The notes under the pieces were generated by a model that worked only from the letters and a program-made list of their open reading frames with translations, was not told the origin of the DNA and ran no database searches. Of a stretch of DNA of 64,000 bases, positions 35,401-49,316 are shown piece after piece (positions within the stretch are counted from its first letter, which is position 1; every line of letters starts with the position of its first letter). The stretch is from Takakia lepidozioides (Eukaryota; Plantae; Bryophyta). The DNA lies in contig CM060731.1 of assembly GCA_030704615.1 (NCBI GenBank), positions 61,008,001-61,072,000 on the forward strand. Direction: 5' to 3'. Made by a program: the position numbers and the translations under genes.

Positions 35401-37998
35401 ATCTAGACTCATTGTACATGGATACACATGTGAACTCGTACCTCTGGTGATGTCGATTTAAGTTTAGTGCACATTAGCTGCTTCCTCTGTAGCTGATACA
35501 CCATGGTCCTTTGAATCTATTATGACATATAGCAACTATCGATTTGAGAAATTTGTCAATGTCCGGCTTGCCGAGATGATTTGTCATCTGCAAACAAGTC
35601 TTGAGGAAGTCTTGCAAGATTAGTACCTGCATTTGTTGCACTCATCGGAGCTCTATTGGCCTTCCTTGCCTTGAAATTGTGCAGTATTTTCTTCCCTCTG
35701 AGAAGCCACGCATCAACAAGATCATAGAACAAACAATGTTGGAAGCTGACGAAATGGGAGTTAAAGTTCTCACCCTTGGAGCACTCAATAAGGTTCGAAC
35801 AATTTCTCCATGCCCAAGGTGTCTAAATATGGAGCTTAAAGCTTCAAGTCGGCATAGTCTGTGATCTGTTGTCTTGTATTAGATCTCATATCACAGCATA
35901 TCATGTACAGCTACTTACACACCAGTTCTCTGCATGTACCCAGAATGAGGCGCTGAATGATGGAGGAACAATGTTTCTCAAGCGCCTTCCAAATCTAAGA
36001 GTTCGGATTTGCCATGGGAACACGCTGACAGCAGCCGTCATCCTCAATGGGCTACCCAAAGATGTGACCGAAATTTTTCTAACAGGAGCTACATCCAAGT
36101 TGGGCAGGGCCATTTCTCTCTATCTCTCCAGGCGCAACGTGCGTGTTCTGGTATGTTCTCCAGTCTGAGCTGCTCACAGAGTGTTAGACAACGTAGCGGA
36201 CATGGTTCCTCTTGTACATGAGAATAGAGATGGATTGTCACTCAAGCCCATAGATGACAACCAAGTCAGTAGCCCATCATTAAAGTACACTTGAGAGTTT
36301 GTTGGTCAACACCACTATGTACTACAAAGAACAGGCCTGCCGCTTGCACTGTTGTTACCAAGTTTGTGAATATGGTGTATGTTATTAGAGCCGCCAGAGA
36401 AGACTGAGAAAACATACTATCCCCTCCACTCTGCTGACCTGAGGTATAACTGTCATGCTAATTCACACTTATTTTTTTTTGTGCATTCGAAAAAGATTCA
36501 GGGGATCACAATCCCAGAATTGAATACATTCGTTGATTAAAACCACTGATCCACTGTGGCTCTGTATTCCCATTGATCAGATGTTGACAACATCACACGA
36601 ACGATTTAAGGCTGTTCTGGACGAATGTCCACAAGAGTACAAACACAATCTTGTCCAGGTTACCTCGTATAAAGATGCTCGCAACTGCAAGGTAAGCCAG
36701 TTTCACATTCTACTTATATAAACATTATCATGGCCATGTTGCATGGTTCCCATCATCTCGCCTTACCTGCCTCACTGTTCATGGCTGGCCAGGCATAGAC
36801 GTGGTGGAAGCAGCATTCCTTTGTTTGCTTGCTGTTCCAACTTTTCGAGCTGGCTGCTAAATTCACGGTAGAAGGATCAGATGTTTTCATGTAGATCTTG
36901 TGATGCATAACCTTTCCGGGCAGTGATTGAATTGTCGTGGTTCCCGTGCAGACATGGGTAGTTGGAAAGTGGGCATCACCTAAAGATCAAAGCTGGGCTC
37001 CAGCAGGGACGAGATTCAACCAGTTTGTGGTCCCCATCATACAGGAATCACGTCAGGATTGCACCTATGGAGCTCTGGCGGCCATGAATCTTCCAAAGCA
37101 TGTTAAGGAGCTTGACACCTGCGAGGTGAGTCTTGCATTTCTCTTTTAGTTTGCACTGTTCTGAAAACAAGAAACTCAGGGCTTCAGAGGTCCTGATAAA
37201 CCAGGTTTTCAACCAACAATTCTGATTTGGTGCAGAGTTTGGGACCCTAGTAGAGCCCCCAAAGTTTCCACTTCCCTTTGGCTTATCATGAATGGAGGAC
37301 TTTCCACAGGGAAGTGGAGTGAGAGGATGGGGCACTCCTCTCTTCGTGTTTGTCATCTAGGGATTGCTGAAACTAAGGATTGCACTACCTTTGGGAGTGT
37401 GAGTTTGCGAAACAGGCCCGGTTGGGTTCCCCTTCCTGTACTATCAATGGCAATCTGCCCTTCTTGGGGATATTGCTCCTCCTTCACTCTCATTTGGTGA
37501 GCCATGCTGCCAGCAGGAGTTTCGAGGCTCAAGCTACCTTGGAACAAGAGTTCATTGTCTGTTGGGCCTCCCACAATCTCTTTTGCAATTGGGATTTGGT
37601 GGGTTAAAGTGACATGTCATGCCTCCTACTTGTTTTCCTCCTGCTCAGAGGGTTCTTGGGCGTATTGAGTTTTTTCTTCCTTTCCCATGTAGGGCAAAAA
37701 ACAAGAAACTCACAAAACTATCCGAGTGCTCATACTGTTCTGGTGGTGAATGCAGATCAACCTGCCCAGAGGAGTAGTGCATGCATGCCATGCAGGAGGC
37801 CTGGTGCATCTTCTGGAAGGGTGGACACACCATGAACTGGGTCCCATTCCTATCGACCGCATCGACATCGTCTGGAAAGCCGCCATGAAACATGGGTTCT
37901 CTCCTCTGGAGAAAGTAGGTCTCCTTCAAGAATTCATCCAAGGCAATGTTCTGGAGAAAAGCGAACATCTATTTATATCACCTGCAGCACCACTTTAG
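32403..37998 (+). CDS. CER3: ECERIFERUM3 / WAX2 (VLC acyl-CoA reductase partner of the alkane-forming complex), copy 1, 656 aa
   Basis: Exons 32403-32462, 32951-33177, 33373-33608, 34141-34360, 34600-34727, 35093-35349, 35685-35792, 35944-36150, 36581-36691, 36952-37125, 37756-37998; 1971 nt with all phases consistent. CER3-type motifs: [78 protein letters not shown]. Confidence 0.95.
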
Positions 37999-39155
37999 TA
38001 AGTGCGTGGACAGCCAGGAATGCAACACCTTTTGGTCAATTTGATCAGAGTACAGTGACATTAAAGAACAGTCATTACAGTGACCCTAATTCTTTCATAC
38101 GCGAGCTCTCAGTTGTGGGGGCCCCATCGTCCAGACCTGCCATAACTGCACATAAGCTTGAGATGGGAGGAAACTGCATCGCAGGAAGCATTTGCAGCCT
38201 AGGGTATGATATTCGTGGTGATTTGACAGCTATTTGCAAGTCTTAAGGACCACGTGAATCACTACAAACTCTAGTTGTACCTTTGTTGGGACCGTGCAAG
38301 CATCCCAAAAGTAAAGCATTGTTCATCTCTACTTGCATTCAAACGTGTTATCCTCTTCTCTGTACAAGTGGTCTTGATGATGATGAATAGATCAACAGGG
38401 CATGAGCGAGGTTGGGTCTGTGGAACCACCAGCAGGAACTGTCTTACTGAAGGTTGGGCTAGATTGAGAAGCAAGAAGAAAGACCAGCACAAATATATCT
38501 CTTCATGGCCACACCCTGATAAGGAGATGGGAAATCTTAAGGGGAACCAGCAGTCAACCCAAGGTTTCTTGTGGTCACCAGCCATACATAGTAGCTCACA
38601 TGTGGGTTCTGCCAAATGCAACCAAGACCGTAGTATGGCCCTGTGGGAAGAAGCTGGTAAAGAAGCTACCTGCCTCATGTATGATCGCTGATAACTGAAG
38701 CTCCAACATCTAATTGTTTGCAGGTACCAATTTTATTTACCTCTGTTTGCATTCTATTTTCACCCCAATGCAGGAGATGGGTACCTTGAAGGCGGGAATC
38801 CCTTAGTTCTGAGTACGGCATCCTATGTGAAGTCAGTCGTTGTTGTGGCCTCGAGTAATGAAGAAGGTTTCAAAAGCAGATTGGGCACCAACTCCCGATT
38901 GAAGCATGTGTGGCAGGAAGCCTCCATATTTTTCGAAGAACAAATAAAGAATCTGGGCTCACAACGTTAGATGAAGGGAAATTACTAAGCATACATGCCA
39001 TGGACGCTCATCACCTTCAACACCCGAACCTCTACGCAACTTCTTCGTCTTTTGGAGAGGGTCCTACACCACAAACTGAAATCCAAATGAGTTGTGTAAA
39101 TACTAGAACATCTTTCTTGTCAGGACCAATCAAACTGCTCTCTCTCTCTCTCTCT

Positions 39156-39794
39156 CTGCTGGTTAAATCTGACTTAGAGGCTGTAGTGTCCTCAGCCATG
39201 TCTGTTGCCATGAGATTGTATGATGAAAATGAAGTTAGGCAGAAAACTTCCCTGAACTTGTTTCCAGTCTGTGACATGGGGGAGGACATCTTGGATGACC
39301 TCAAGGGTCTACCCACTCTCAGCACTAGACTGAAATTTAAACTCAGGGCAGGAAGCCTACCTTTGAACAGCAAACAGAAGCAGAGAGGAAAGGGAGAGTG
39401 CAATTGCCCGTTGTGTGGGCAATCTGAAGACAGTATTCATTTTCTGATACACTGTCCGGGGTTCTCTCACCAAAGAGACGCTCTCTTCAAATCTATTAAG
39501 GGAATTGTGCCTGTACCCCTGTTTACCAACTTTGAAAGTCTCGAGGCTGAGCCAAAAGCCCAGGCCCTCCTGAGGCCTAGTTTTTGGGCAAATCACACAC
39601 AGCAGATTGATGCTTGTGTGAAGGGATTTCTAGAGGATATCTGGAAAACCAGGATTAATTCTTTACATGGAGGTAAGTCTTACTACCAACGTCAGCCCCT
39701 GACAGAGGTAGGTTCTGTCCCTTTTGTTCCCGCTCAAACTGGGCGCGGCGTCAATGGCCACAAGGCTACGGCAAACAACGTCTTATGAGTACAA
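39156..39794 (+). mobile_element. 5'-truncated RTEX-like family A copy embedded in a (TC)n tract
   Basis: Homologous to 13089-13630 and 16901-17100. CCHC motif CPLCGQSEDSIHFLIHCP, stop at 39786-39788. (CT)n at 39138-39157 and 39795-39816 on either side. Confidence 0.88.
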
Positions 39795-39825
<31 letters not shown>

Positions 39826-40152
39826 TTTTTGAAAACAGCACATATCTTTTTCTTATCCTGTTGTCTCATAAGCTCTTTGAGACGTTACAGAGTACTACCA
39901 TTCCATTTCATTTCTTAGGCGAGAGAGGAATAAGGGCTTTGTTTTGGACAGAGGTCCTACAATCGCTTTATATGGGCTTTTAAAAAGCCTACAATAGTGA
40001 AAAATAACAATGAAAAAATAACCTTGTACAAGAGCGTCATAGAGTCGAACTTAGTAAGGTTACATGAACTTGTCCTTCAATTATTCTTTGAGTCCCCCCT
40101 CTCTGTTTTTTACATTTGTGTGCACGGTCCAAGATTGACAGAGGGTGCTATC

Positions 40153-40653
<501 letters not shown>

Positions 40654-42429
40654 AAAGGCGCGTCTCGCTATTTCGCTGAGGATACATATAGATATCTATG
40701 AGGAGGATCTTAGGTGAATATTAAATTCAAAACAAAAGGTGATCAATCGGCCTTTCAAGTTGAGATTGTCATGGAAAGAATGAATATTTGTGTACATGTA
40801 TACCGCCCTTAGTAATAATTGAGATTGGGTCCTACTTTCCAGCCATGCTGAAAAATAATGACGAGAATTAAGGTGTGCATATTTTTCTTGTTTGGAATGT
40901 ATGGCTTGTGTGGGATGATCGTGGCAATATGCAAATTCAACAAAATGGATGGTAAGTCTATGATCTGGGGCTGGATTGGGCTGATAGAGGACTAAAGAGT
41001 ATCATTCCGGACATGGCCACAATGATAGAACAATATGTTACAGTTACATGGAATAACTAATGACCATAATGGAGTAGTATGATCTGGGATTTACCTTGGT
41101 ATGTATTTGCATTGATAAGAGAGTACCATCAGGTTTTGGAGTGTTACATTAGGAGTTACAATGCGATGGTAGATTCCAATTTAGAAATTGCTTTTGCATT
41201 GGATGCCAAGGGCAGATGCTAGTTGGGCACCCAATCCTACGATGGGAAGACTAATTCGTCTTGCCATTGGAGCTGTGGTTCCTGCGAGGGGCTGTGTGAG
41301 GCCAATTTCCAGCCAACCCCATTGTCCTTTTAACCCCTAAGTGCTTGAGACGTTTTGGTGGGCCACCACCCAAGAGTAGTCTCTTGGATGAGGCTGTAAC
41401 TGCCATGAAACTTAATCCACAAAATCGAACCTTACGAACATTTAGCTACCTACTACATCTACCTATTCACAAAATTGTGGAAGAATGACCATCAGAATTG
41501 GCATATTACTTATAACATAAGTGTAGGGTGGATTTTTCAATTCCACACGAATATTACTCAAAAAAATACAGTACCGGCGATTTTCCATATTCATAATGAT
41601 TTTTCCTAAGGGAATGATCTCCACATTCAGAAACCATGGAGGGAGACAAGTGACAAGTGTCCTCCCCAAATTTGAGGACCAAATTTCCATGATTTCAAGT
41701 GGCTCTTTTGTATGTCCAATAAGGTGGGGTGGATTGGAAAGTCCCAACACTAACAGATAGCTCCATGGAAGCTGGAGTTTCGTAGGAAATGTAAATTTTC
41801 TGGTGCAATCCATTGCAAGAAGGTAGAGAGGAATGCCCAATTGTTTTTGGAAAATATGAAAACCACATGATGTGTAGATTGCAAATTTTCTTCTACTAAA
41901 GTTTTAAACTCATTTCCAAGTGAGGCTAATGTTGCCATCCGGGTAGACATTCCAGCAGCCTCTTTTGGAGGCCCATGTCACTAAAACTAAGGCTTACATC
42001 TAGAAGAACTCCCCAATTCGTGAAGGCACCCACCATGCCATGGGGGGTGGCTGCCGTTGTCTGCATGGGTGGGCATTCAACCCGGCGTCAGGCCCGTCGC
42101 TTCAATTGAACCCACTCACCTGCCATGTGGACTTGTTAACTCTTGATCTGGCGGCCCAACCTTTGATTTTTGGGTCCCCCTTAGGCTTTACCCTTCACTT
42201 CGACTCGATAAAAATTTGGTGCGGGTGCATATCGCATCCAACGGAAATGCAACAGACTTATATGCTAAGATTAAAGTATCAAAAAATAAGACTGACAAAT
42301 TAGATGCGTCGGGCTGCACAGGTCCATAGTGCAATATAATCATGTTTTTACGACAACATCTACATTAAGATCAAACAGGCCACTGCTCTCTGCTGGTGGA
42401 CTGAAATATCGATCAGTAGATGACGTTCA

Positions 42430-43226
42430 TCAATGAGAACCAGAATAAAAAAATATTTGCTTCACCTCTTCGATTTTTGTATCATTTGGAAATAGCATAG
42501 AGAACCAAAGCAATTTATATTTGCTAATGTCCATTCAATTACGCAAGAAGGCTCCAGATGCATAAATTTTGCCAGATTTTAACATCAACAGCAAACAACA
42601 GATAAATGAGCTTCTGAGGCACTTTCTAGGTCGTGTGTATATATGAGAAATGTACGTTTTTCCAAAAACCAATGTTGGTATAAGACAAACGCCGATTCTT
42701 CAGCTATGCACTATCATATAAAGCATACATATCTTTTCCCTCTTCCATTTCTTCCGTAGTCACATTTTCATAAAAGAACTGAAAATGGGGTTGACCAAAA
42801 TCTTGCAAACAGTAATCTAACATTCCTTTCCAAGTGTGTAGGCGATCTTGTCTGAGTTTTTTACACATAATTATTGTGTGGTCAGGTGGCATACATTTGT
42901 CCCAACCCAAATTTGATTTAATCAGTTTGTTTGTTTGTATAACACATGTTGTTAACAACTGGATGATCATTTGAAAACGCAAATGAGACTGGCTCCCACA
43001 GTTTCTTTCAATCGCATAATATCCTGCCATATTGCATTTGTCTTGAACGAACTTCTACAAATGTTCGAACAGACCAAGATCGATCACATCCTATCCACCA
43101 ACTCTAATCGTGCAAGATAGCTCAAATACAATTTGCCCTTTCTTGTTTGCTTCAGATTCATTCTTTGGACGACCTCTACGCTTCTATAACGTTGTACTGG
43201 CTATTGGTATACTTTCGAGTCTCCAT
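42430..43226 (-). pseudogene. Replitron-like HUH (Y1) endonuclease, degenerate
   Basis: FELSCTI...YAIER...SHLRFQ (decayed HxH)...LGWD...LHTWKGMLDYCLQDFGQPHF...NVT...LKNR...MLKSGK...LW...IFF. Motif order as I recall it for plant Replitron transposases; internal stops. Confidence 0.75.
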
Positions 43227-43268
43227 CTTGTATATTCACTCTTCTCAACTATCCACGTTCAGACTCTC

Positions 43269-43891
43269 TGTCAGGGACGAGAACATGACTGAACACAAAC
43301 AGAAGATCAGATTAGAGGTACAAGACTAGACAAGAAGTCAAGGTCGGCGTGGCCGAAATTCGAATGCACGATGAGTAAATAGGAATCAAGACGATTTTTA
43401 TAACAATGAACAAGAGTACAAAATATTGGAACACGACTTGAATACTGGAATGCTGGAAACTGGACTGGAGTACCAGATACTGGAAACTGGGCTAGAGTAC
43501 TGGGAACTGGTCTGGAGTACTGAAAACTAGAAACAAGAGTAGCTTGAACTGGTGTTGGCGAGACTGAAGAGTGTCCAGTTTCGCCTCTTATATATACTGG
43601 CTACTAAGAAACTTCCCTAAGAAGCTTCCCCTATGGAGGTTTCTTGATGGAGAAGCTTCCATAAACAAATGAGGTATCTTGATGAAGAATTTTCCTCTAA
43701 ATGAAGCTTCCTGAGCAGTTTCCCAAGTTGTTCTTAGTAATTTGATAAACTTCCGGTAACTTGATAAGTAATGGTAAATCATGGTAGATCATGGTAAATC
43801 ACGGTAAGTCATGATAACTTCTGGTAACATGGTAACTTGATAACTTCTGGTATTTATTCCTAGTAAGTTCTTCTGGGCCATGTCCGTGACA
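43269..43891 (-). repeat. 3' LTR of the chromovirus (623 bp)
   Basis: Homologous to 48989-49433 joined to 57409-57611. Contains ~21-bp TGGAAACTGG.CTGGAGTAC and 10-bp GGTAAATCAT internal repeats. Confidence 0.95.
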
Positions 43892-44490
43892 TCACCCTCT
43901 CCTCTAGCGCCGAGTTCCTCGAGGAGCGGTAAAATCTTGGACTTACTTAGAGTTGGAGAAAATCCAAAATCCGGCGAATGGTACTTGCCAAGTATTCGGC
44001 TCTTCGTTCTTGACTCAAATGATAGGTCCCTGCAACCATCGATAGTGTCCAATACCTTGAACTTGGGACCACGCAGTGATTTGAGCATTCTGATTTTCGA
44101 AGCTGCTTTTAAATATGATTTCGTTGCCCTCTGGGTCCGAAGCCTCAACCTCCAACAAAATTATCAGACTTCGAGTAGGCTCCACTTGCCGTCGTACGGG
44201 GTCCAGATGAGGAAGTACGCATCGCATTGGTGGCCCATCGTCTCGAGAGCGTCGGCGTGATGTTGAAGGTCGTGAGAGTCGGAACGGCTGATCTGATAGC
44301 TGGGTAAGCGACAACTTCAATATATCTGGTTCCTGTGACTCCATACTGCCAATACAAGATGCAAGAGTGCTGGAAGTGTAGCTATATATACTGATGTGTG
44401 GTGCTCCTCCCTCCTTAGCGTGTATTAGGTATATTGAATGTGGAGTCTTCACCTTGAAGCTAACATGGCTGACATCATCGTTGTGACGTT

Positions 44491-47400
44491 TTATTGACGT
44501 GTAGCTCGGGGCTTAGCTGGATATCGTTGATGAAACTCTTGGACTTTGTCAGATGCATTAGCGAGGTTGGATGAAGGTTCCCACATTCGTTCGCTGATGT
44601 CGTAGCCTTTCCAATGTACGAAATACTCGAGACGTTTATACTTGATACAAGAGTCTAGGACTTCGTCGACTTCATACTCAATTTTTTGATTGACTTCGAT
44701 TGGTGGAGGTGCTACGGAGACTGGATGAAAGCACATTCTTCGTGGGAGTTCAAGCTGCAAACTGACCGGATTTATTTGTCGAAGGTGTTTGAATGGTCCT
44801 AGACGTTGATAATCCAACTTCCTTGATGGTCGCAAGGTTTGTATGTCTCGTCAAAGAAGCCACACACGATCTCCGACCTTGAACTGGGATTGGAGTTGAC
44901 GATGTTAATCTGCATACTCTTCGTATTATTTTTGAGCTTCTGCGAGGTGGAATGTAAGCTCTTTGTGAATCGTAACGAGATGAGTAGCAAGGTTTTCTTC
45001 AGCAGGGCTTCCAACAGTCTTCATGTGGAAAGGGTTTGCTCGAGGATGATGACCATAATTGGAGAAAAATAGAGTTTGTTTGGTCGAAGAATGTATAGTA
45101 TTGTTATAGACAAACTCAGCCAATGATAGAAGGTCCGTCCAATTATCTTGGTGATAATTTATCATACAGCGAAGATACTGCTCCAAAATTTGGTTTATAC
45201 GTTCGGTTTGACCATCAGTCTGTGGATGATTAACTATAGAGAGGTTGATCTTAGTATCCAATATGTGAAATAATCCCCTCCAGAAATTTGATCTGAACTG
45301 TGGTCCTCGATCAGATACGATGTCCTTCGGGAGTCCATGAATGCGGTAGATATTATTGAGGAAGAGTCTTGCAGTTTCCTCGCCGGTAACCGTCTTATTA
45401 CATGGAATAAAATGTGTCATCTTTGTAAAACGATCTACAATAACAAGGATTGAATCGGTGGTCTTGGAAATTGGAAGGTCCGTAATAAAGTCCATAGACA
45501 CGGACGACCATGGACCATTGGGAATGGGTAATGGTTGAAGAAGGCCGTAAGGTCGATGTCATGGTCTCTTCGCTCTAGGACACGTGTCGCAAGATTTTAT
45601 AAATTCTTTCACGAGTTTCCACATCTGCGGCCACTAGTAATCCCTGGATATCAATTCCATTGTTTTGTTGAAGCCGAAATGTCCAGCAGCCGGAAGATCA
45701 TGACATGTTTGAAGAATTCGAAGTCGTGTAGGTCCTAGAGGTACATAGAGAAGTCATTTGAAATAAAGTAAGTCATCTTTGAATTCGAAGTCGTTTGTAA
45801 CATGTGGGTTGTCTCGAGGTCGATTTAGTTGACTCCGTAGTGTCGTAGCAAATTTGTCGCTCTTCAGTGCTTATTGAATCTCCTTTATGATCTCTACATT
45901 GTCATAGGTGGACATTGATAGCATATTCAATTAGAGATTTGTTGGTTTCAAGATGATGGATTTCTGTTGGTCAAAAGCTGCATCCCCTTCTTTTGGCGCA
46001 AGATACGATCGTCGAGGAAGAGCATCTGGTTTTCCTTGAAGATGTCCGGGACGGTAGGTAATAACAAAATCTAACCTTGCTAGTGACATACTCCATCTCA
46101 CTTGACGTCGATTCAAAACACGAGCACTCATAAAATACTTGAGGTTTTTGTGATCGGTATAGACTGTGACCTGATGTTTAGCTCCCTCCAATAGATAACG
46201 TCACTCCTCTCAAAAGCATCGATAATCGCTAAAAGTTCTTTATCATGGATTTCATAATTGATCTCTGCAGCGGAAAATTTGTGAGAACGAAAACCAACAA
46301 GGTGAAGTCGGCCATCTGTACCATATTGAGAGAGTACCGCGCCAAGTGCAAAGTCCGATGCATCTGCTTCTAAAAAGAATGGTTTAGATGGATCTGCATA
46401 TATCAGTATTGGAGCCGTTGTAAATGCCTCCTTCAGCCTTTCAAATGTTTGGTCAGCCTTCTCGTCTCATACAAATTTGTCATTTCATGTGAGTCGTGTC
46501 AATGGTGCAGCAATTTTGGAGTAGTCATCGATGAAGATTCTATAGAAATTTGCAAATCCTAGAAAACATTGTACATCTCGGATCGAAAGTTGGTTTAATC
46601 CACTCGATGATGGTTTGTATTTTCTTCTGATCCATAAAGACTCATTTGTCGGAAGTAATGTAGCCCAAAAATTCGACTTCAGATTGGTGGAAAAGACATT
46701 TTTCCAACTTGACATATAGTCATTTTTCCCTCAATTTTTCAAGGACAAGGCGACCATGGTCTTTTTCATTATGTGAAAATATCAAAATGTCATCCAAATA
46801 GATGACTACAAAGTCATCTAAAAATTCTCGAAATATGTCATTCATCATGTGTTGAAAAATTGCTGGAGCATTTGTAAGACCGAAAGACATAACATTGTAT
46901 TCGAAATGTCCGTACCTTGTGCGAAAAGTAGTCTTCCATTCGTCTCCTTCTTTCATTCGTACAAGGTTGTAAGCTCCTCTCAAGTCAATCTTTGTGAAAA
47001 AATTTGCTCGTCCAAGTTGTTCGAGGAGTCTGGAAATAAGCGGTAGTGGGTAACGATTTTTTATAGTGACTTTGTTGAGCCCACAATAGTCTACACACAT
47101 GCGTAACGATCCGTCTTTTTTCTTCACAAATAAGATAGGTGCTCCCGCGGGTGATTTCGAATGTCGAATGAAATTCTTTGACAAATTTTCATCAATGTAT
47201 TCGCGTAAAGCAGCCAGCTCCGTTTGAGATAAATTGTAGATCGGGCCGAATGGTGGTTGAGCTCCTTCTTGTAACTCAATTGCACAATCATAAGGTTGAT
47301 GTTCTGGCAACATGTCTGCATTTTTCTTCTCAAAGACATCTTTGAAATCTTGATATTGAGTGGGTAATGTCGAAGTACCTTGGTCTGTTGTGGTTTTGAT

Positions 47401-48950
47401 CGGAGTCGCATAAAGTGCAAATGTCGCGTCTTTCTTCGTAGCTATCATGAAGGCTATAGCTCCAAGAAAAAAAAAACATGGGTTAAATACCTTTGATACT
47501 TTTGCATTTTTGTCTTGCCGAAATTTTTCATGATCGCCAATCGATGTCACGATTATGAAGTACAAACCAGGGAAGTCCAAGGATCACAAGATTTGTTGGA
47601 GACTGGATGACATTGAAAACAATCTGTGATGCTTGATTTTTAAGCTTCACTTCAAGGGGTTGAGTTTCATGGTCAATATTTCATGATGCTAACGGTCGTC
47701 CATCGATGACCTCAACAGGGGCCGAGAATTTCTTTCTTACGAGCGTTAAATTGTGTTGTTTTGCAAAGCCTTTGTCAATAAAACACGCTGAAGCGTCCGA
47801 GTCCAAAAGTGCTTCTACGGAGATATCTCGATTTTGCACTCTGATTTTTACCGGAACTGTGAAGCAAGGTGCAGGGTCTGGAGGTAGAAAGAGACATTTT
47901 TTCGGTAAGAAATTTGTGGTGTCCAGCCGCATGGTCCCTACTGTGACTGGACATCTTCGTTTTCCGACCTCCTCGTATCGAACACTTGAGTTGTGCCCCG
48001 AGCTTTGAATCTTCTCTTGTTGGGGCAGTTTAATGCTATGTAATCATCTTCTCCGCAATAAAGGCATAATCCATTTGAGCGTCGTTTTTGTTTTTCTTGT
48101 GGCGTCAATGGCTTGAATCGGACAGCATCAATCTGCATATGATCATTACCGGATGTCTGATGGATCGTTGTGTTTGGTGCCATAGTAGCAGCGGCATGGT
48201 GCATCGTCGACCATCCAGATCGCTTCTCTTGACGTCTTTCGAACAAACGATTATCACATGCAATGACTTGGGTGATGAATTCGCTCACTGTACTCACGTT
48301 TGGCATTGTCAGCAACAAATCTTTTACATCATCTTTTAGCCCACATCGAAACTTATCATTCCAGTCGAGGTCGCACGCAAGTTGTCAAAATTCGGCAGCG
48401 TAAATGGAAGCAGAACGTGCTCCTTGTCGAAGATTTCGATCTTTGTCTTTGCAACTCTCTCTATATCATTCTTTCCAAACGTTGCAGTGAACTCGGACAT
48501 GAATATATAGTAAATGCGAATTTTTTCTAATATCGGTGCAAACCAAGATAGGGCAGTGCCTGATAAAAGGGTGCCCACGAATCCCACTTGAATACCTTAA
48601 TCGGGGTAGCGTTGTGGATGTAGTCGTAGGAACAGTCGTACTTGTTGAACAAAACCACAAAATCTTGATCTCGTCCCATCAAATTTCTCGGGCATGCTGA
48701 TCTCTTGTTTTCTCGTAATCTGTTGAAGAGGAACCGTTGCAGTGGGAGCTGTTGCAGTAGGGACTTGTATGGTCGAAGATCCATTGATTGACTCCTATAA
48801 CTCTGAAATTTGTTGTTGCAAATTGTGGAGAGCGTTGCCAAGATCTTGAGACTGATCAGCTTGTAATTGGGTAGTAGAGATACGAAATTTTCGCATCTGG
48901 AGCTGAAGACTCTGCAATGTGGCGACCATTTCCGCAAATGTGCCTTCCAT
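44491..48950 (-). pseudogene. Chromovirus gag-pol with chromodomain, multiple stops and frameshifts
   Basis: gag knuckle CLYCGEDDYIALNCP; protease ALLDSDASACFID; [14 protein letters not shown]...VVIYLDD; RNaseH FLEADASDFA...YTDHKNL; INT SMDFITDLP...SDRGPQF...HPQTDGQTER; chromodomain EYEVDEVLDS...YFVHWKGY...WEP. Confidence 0.93.
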
Positions 48951-48975
48951 CTTAACTAACTAAAGAACAAACTTT

Positions 48976-49316
48976 AGTCTCGCCAAACTGTCAGGGACGA
49001 GAACATGACTAAACACAAACAAAAGATCAGACTAGAGATACAAGACTAGACAAGAAGTCAAGGTCGGCGTGGCCGAACGCACGATGAGTAAATAGGAATC
49101 AAGACGATTTTTATAACAATGAACAAGAGTACAAGATATTGGAACACGACTTGAATACTGGAATGCTGGAAATTGGACTGGAGTTTCAGATATTGGAAAC
49201 TGGGCTAGAGTACTGGGAACTGGACTGGAGTACTGGAAACTGGAAACAAGAAACAAGAGTAGCTTGAACTGGTGTTGGCGAGACTGAAGAGTGTCCAGTC
49301 TCGCCTCTTATATATA
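48976..49316 (-). promoter_or_regulatory. Self-priming PBS, matching primer sequence and TATA box of the 5' LTR
   Basis: PBS TTGGCGAGACT (48986-48976) is complementary to AGTCTCGCCAA (49285-49275), which begins 31 nt after the start of TATATATAA (49316). Confidence 0.8.

Noticed and set aside
32403-37998. Assignment as CER1
   Set aside because: Diagnostic segments ([33 protein letters not shown]) and the 11-exon structure match CER3.
38910-39788. 292-aa ORF as a novel gene
   Set aside because: Chance read-through from unique DNA across a (CT)n tract (LSLSLSL) into a truncated retroposon C-terminus.
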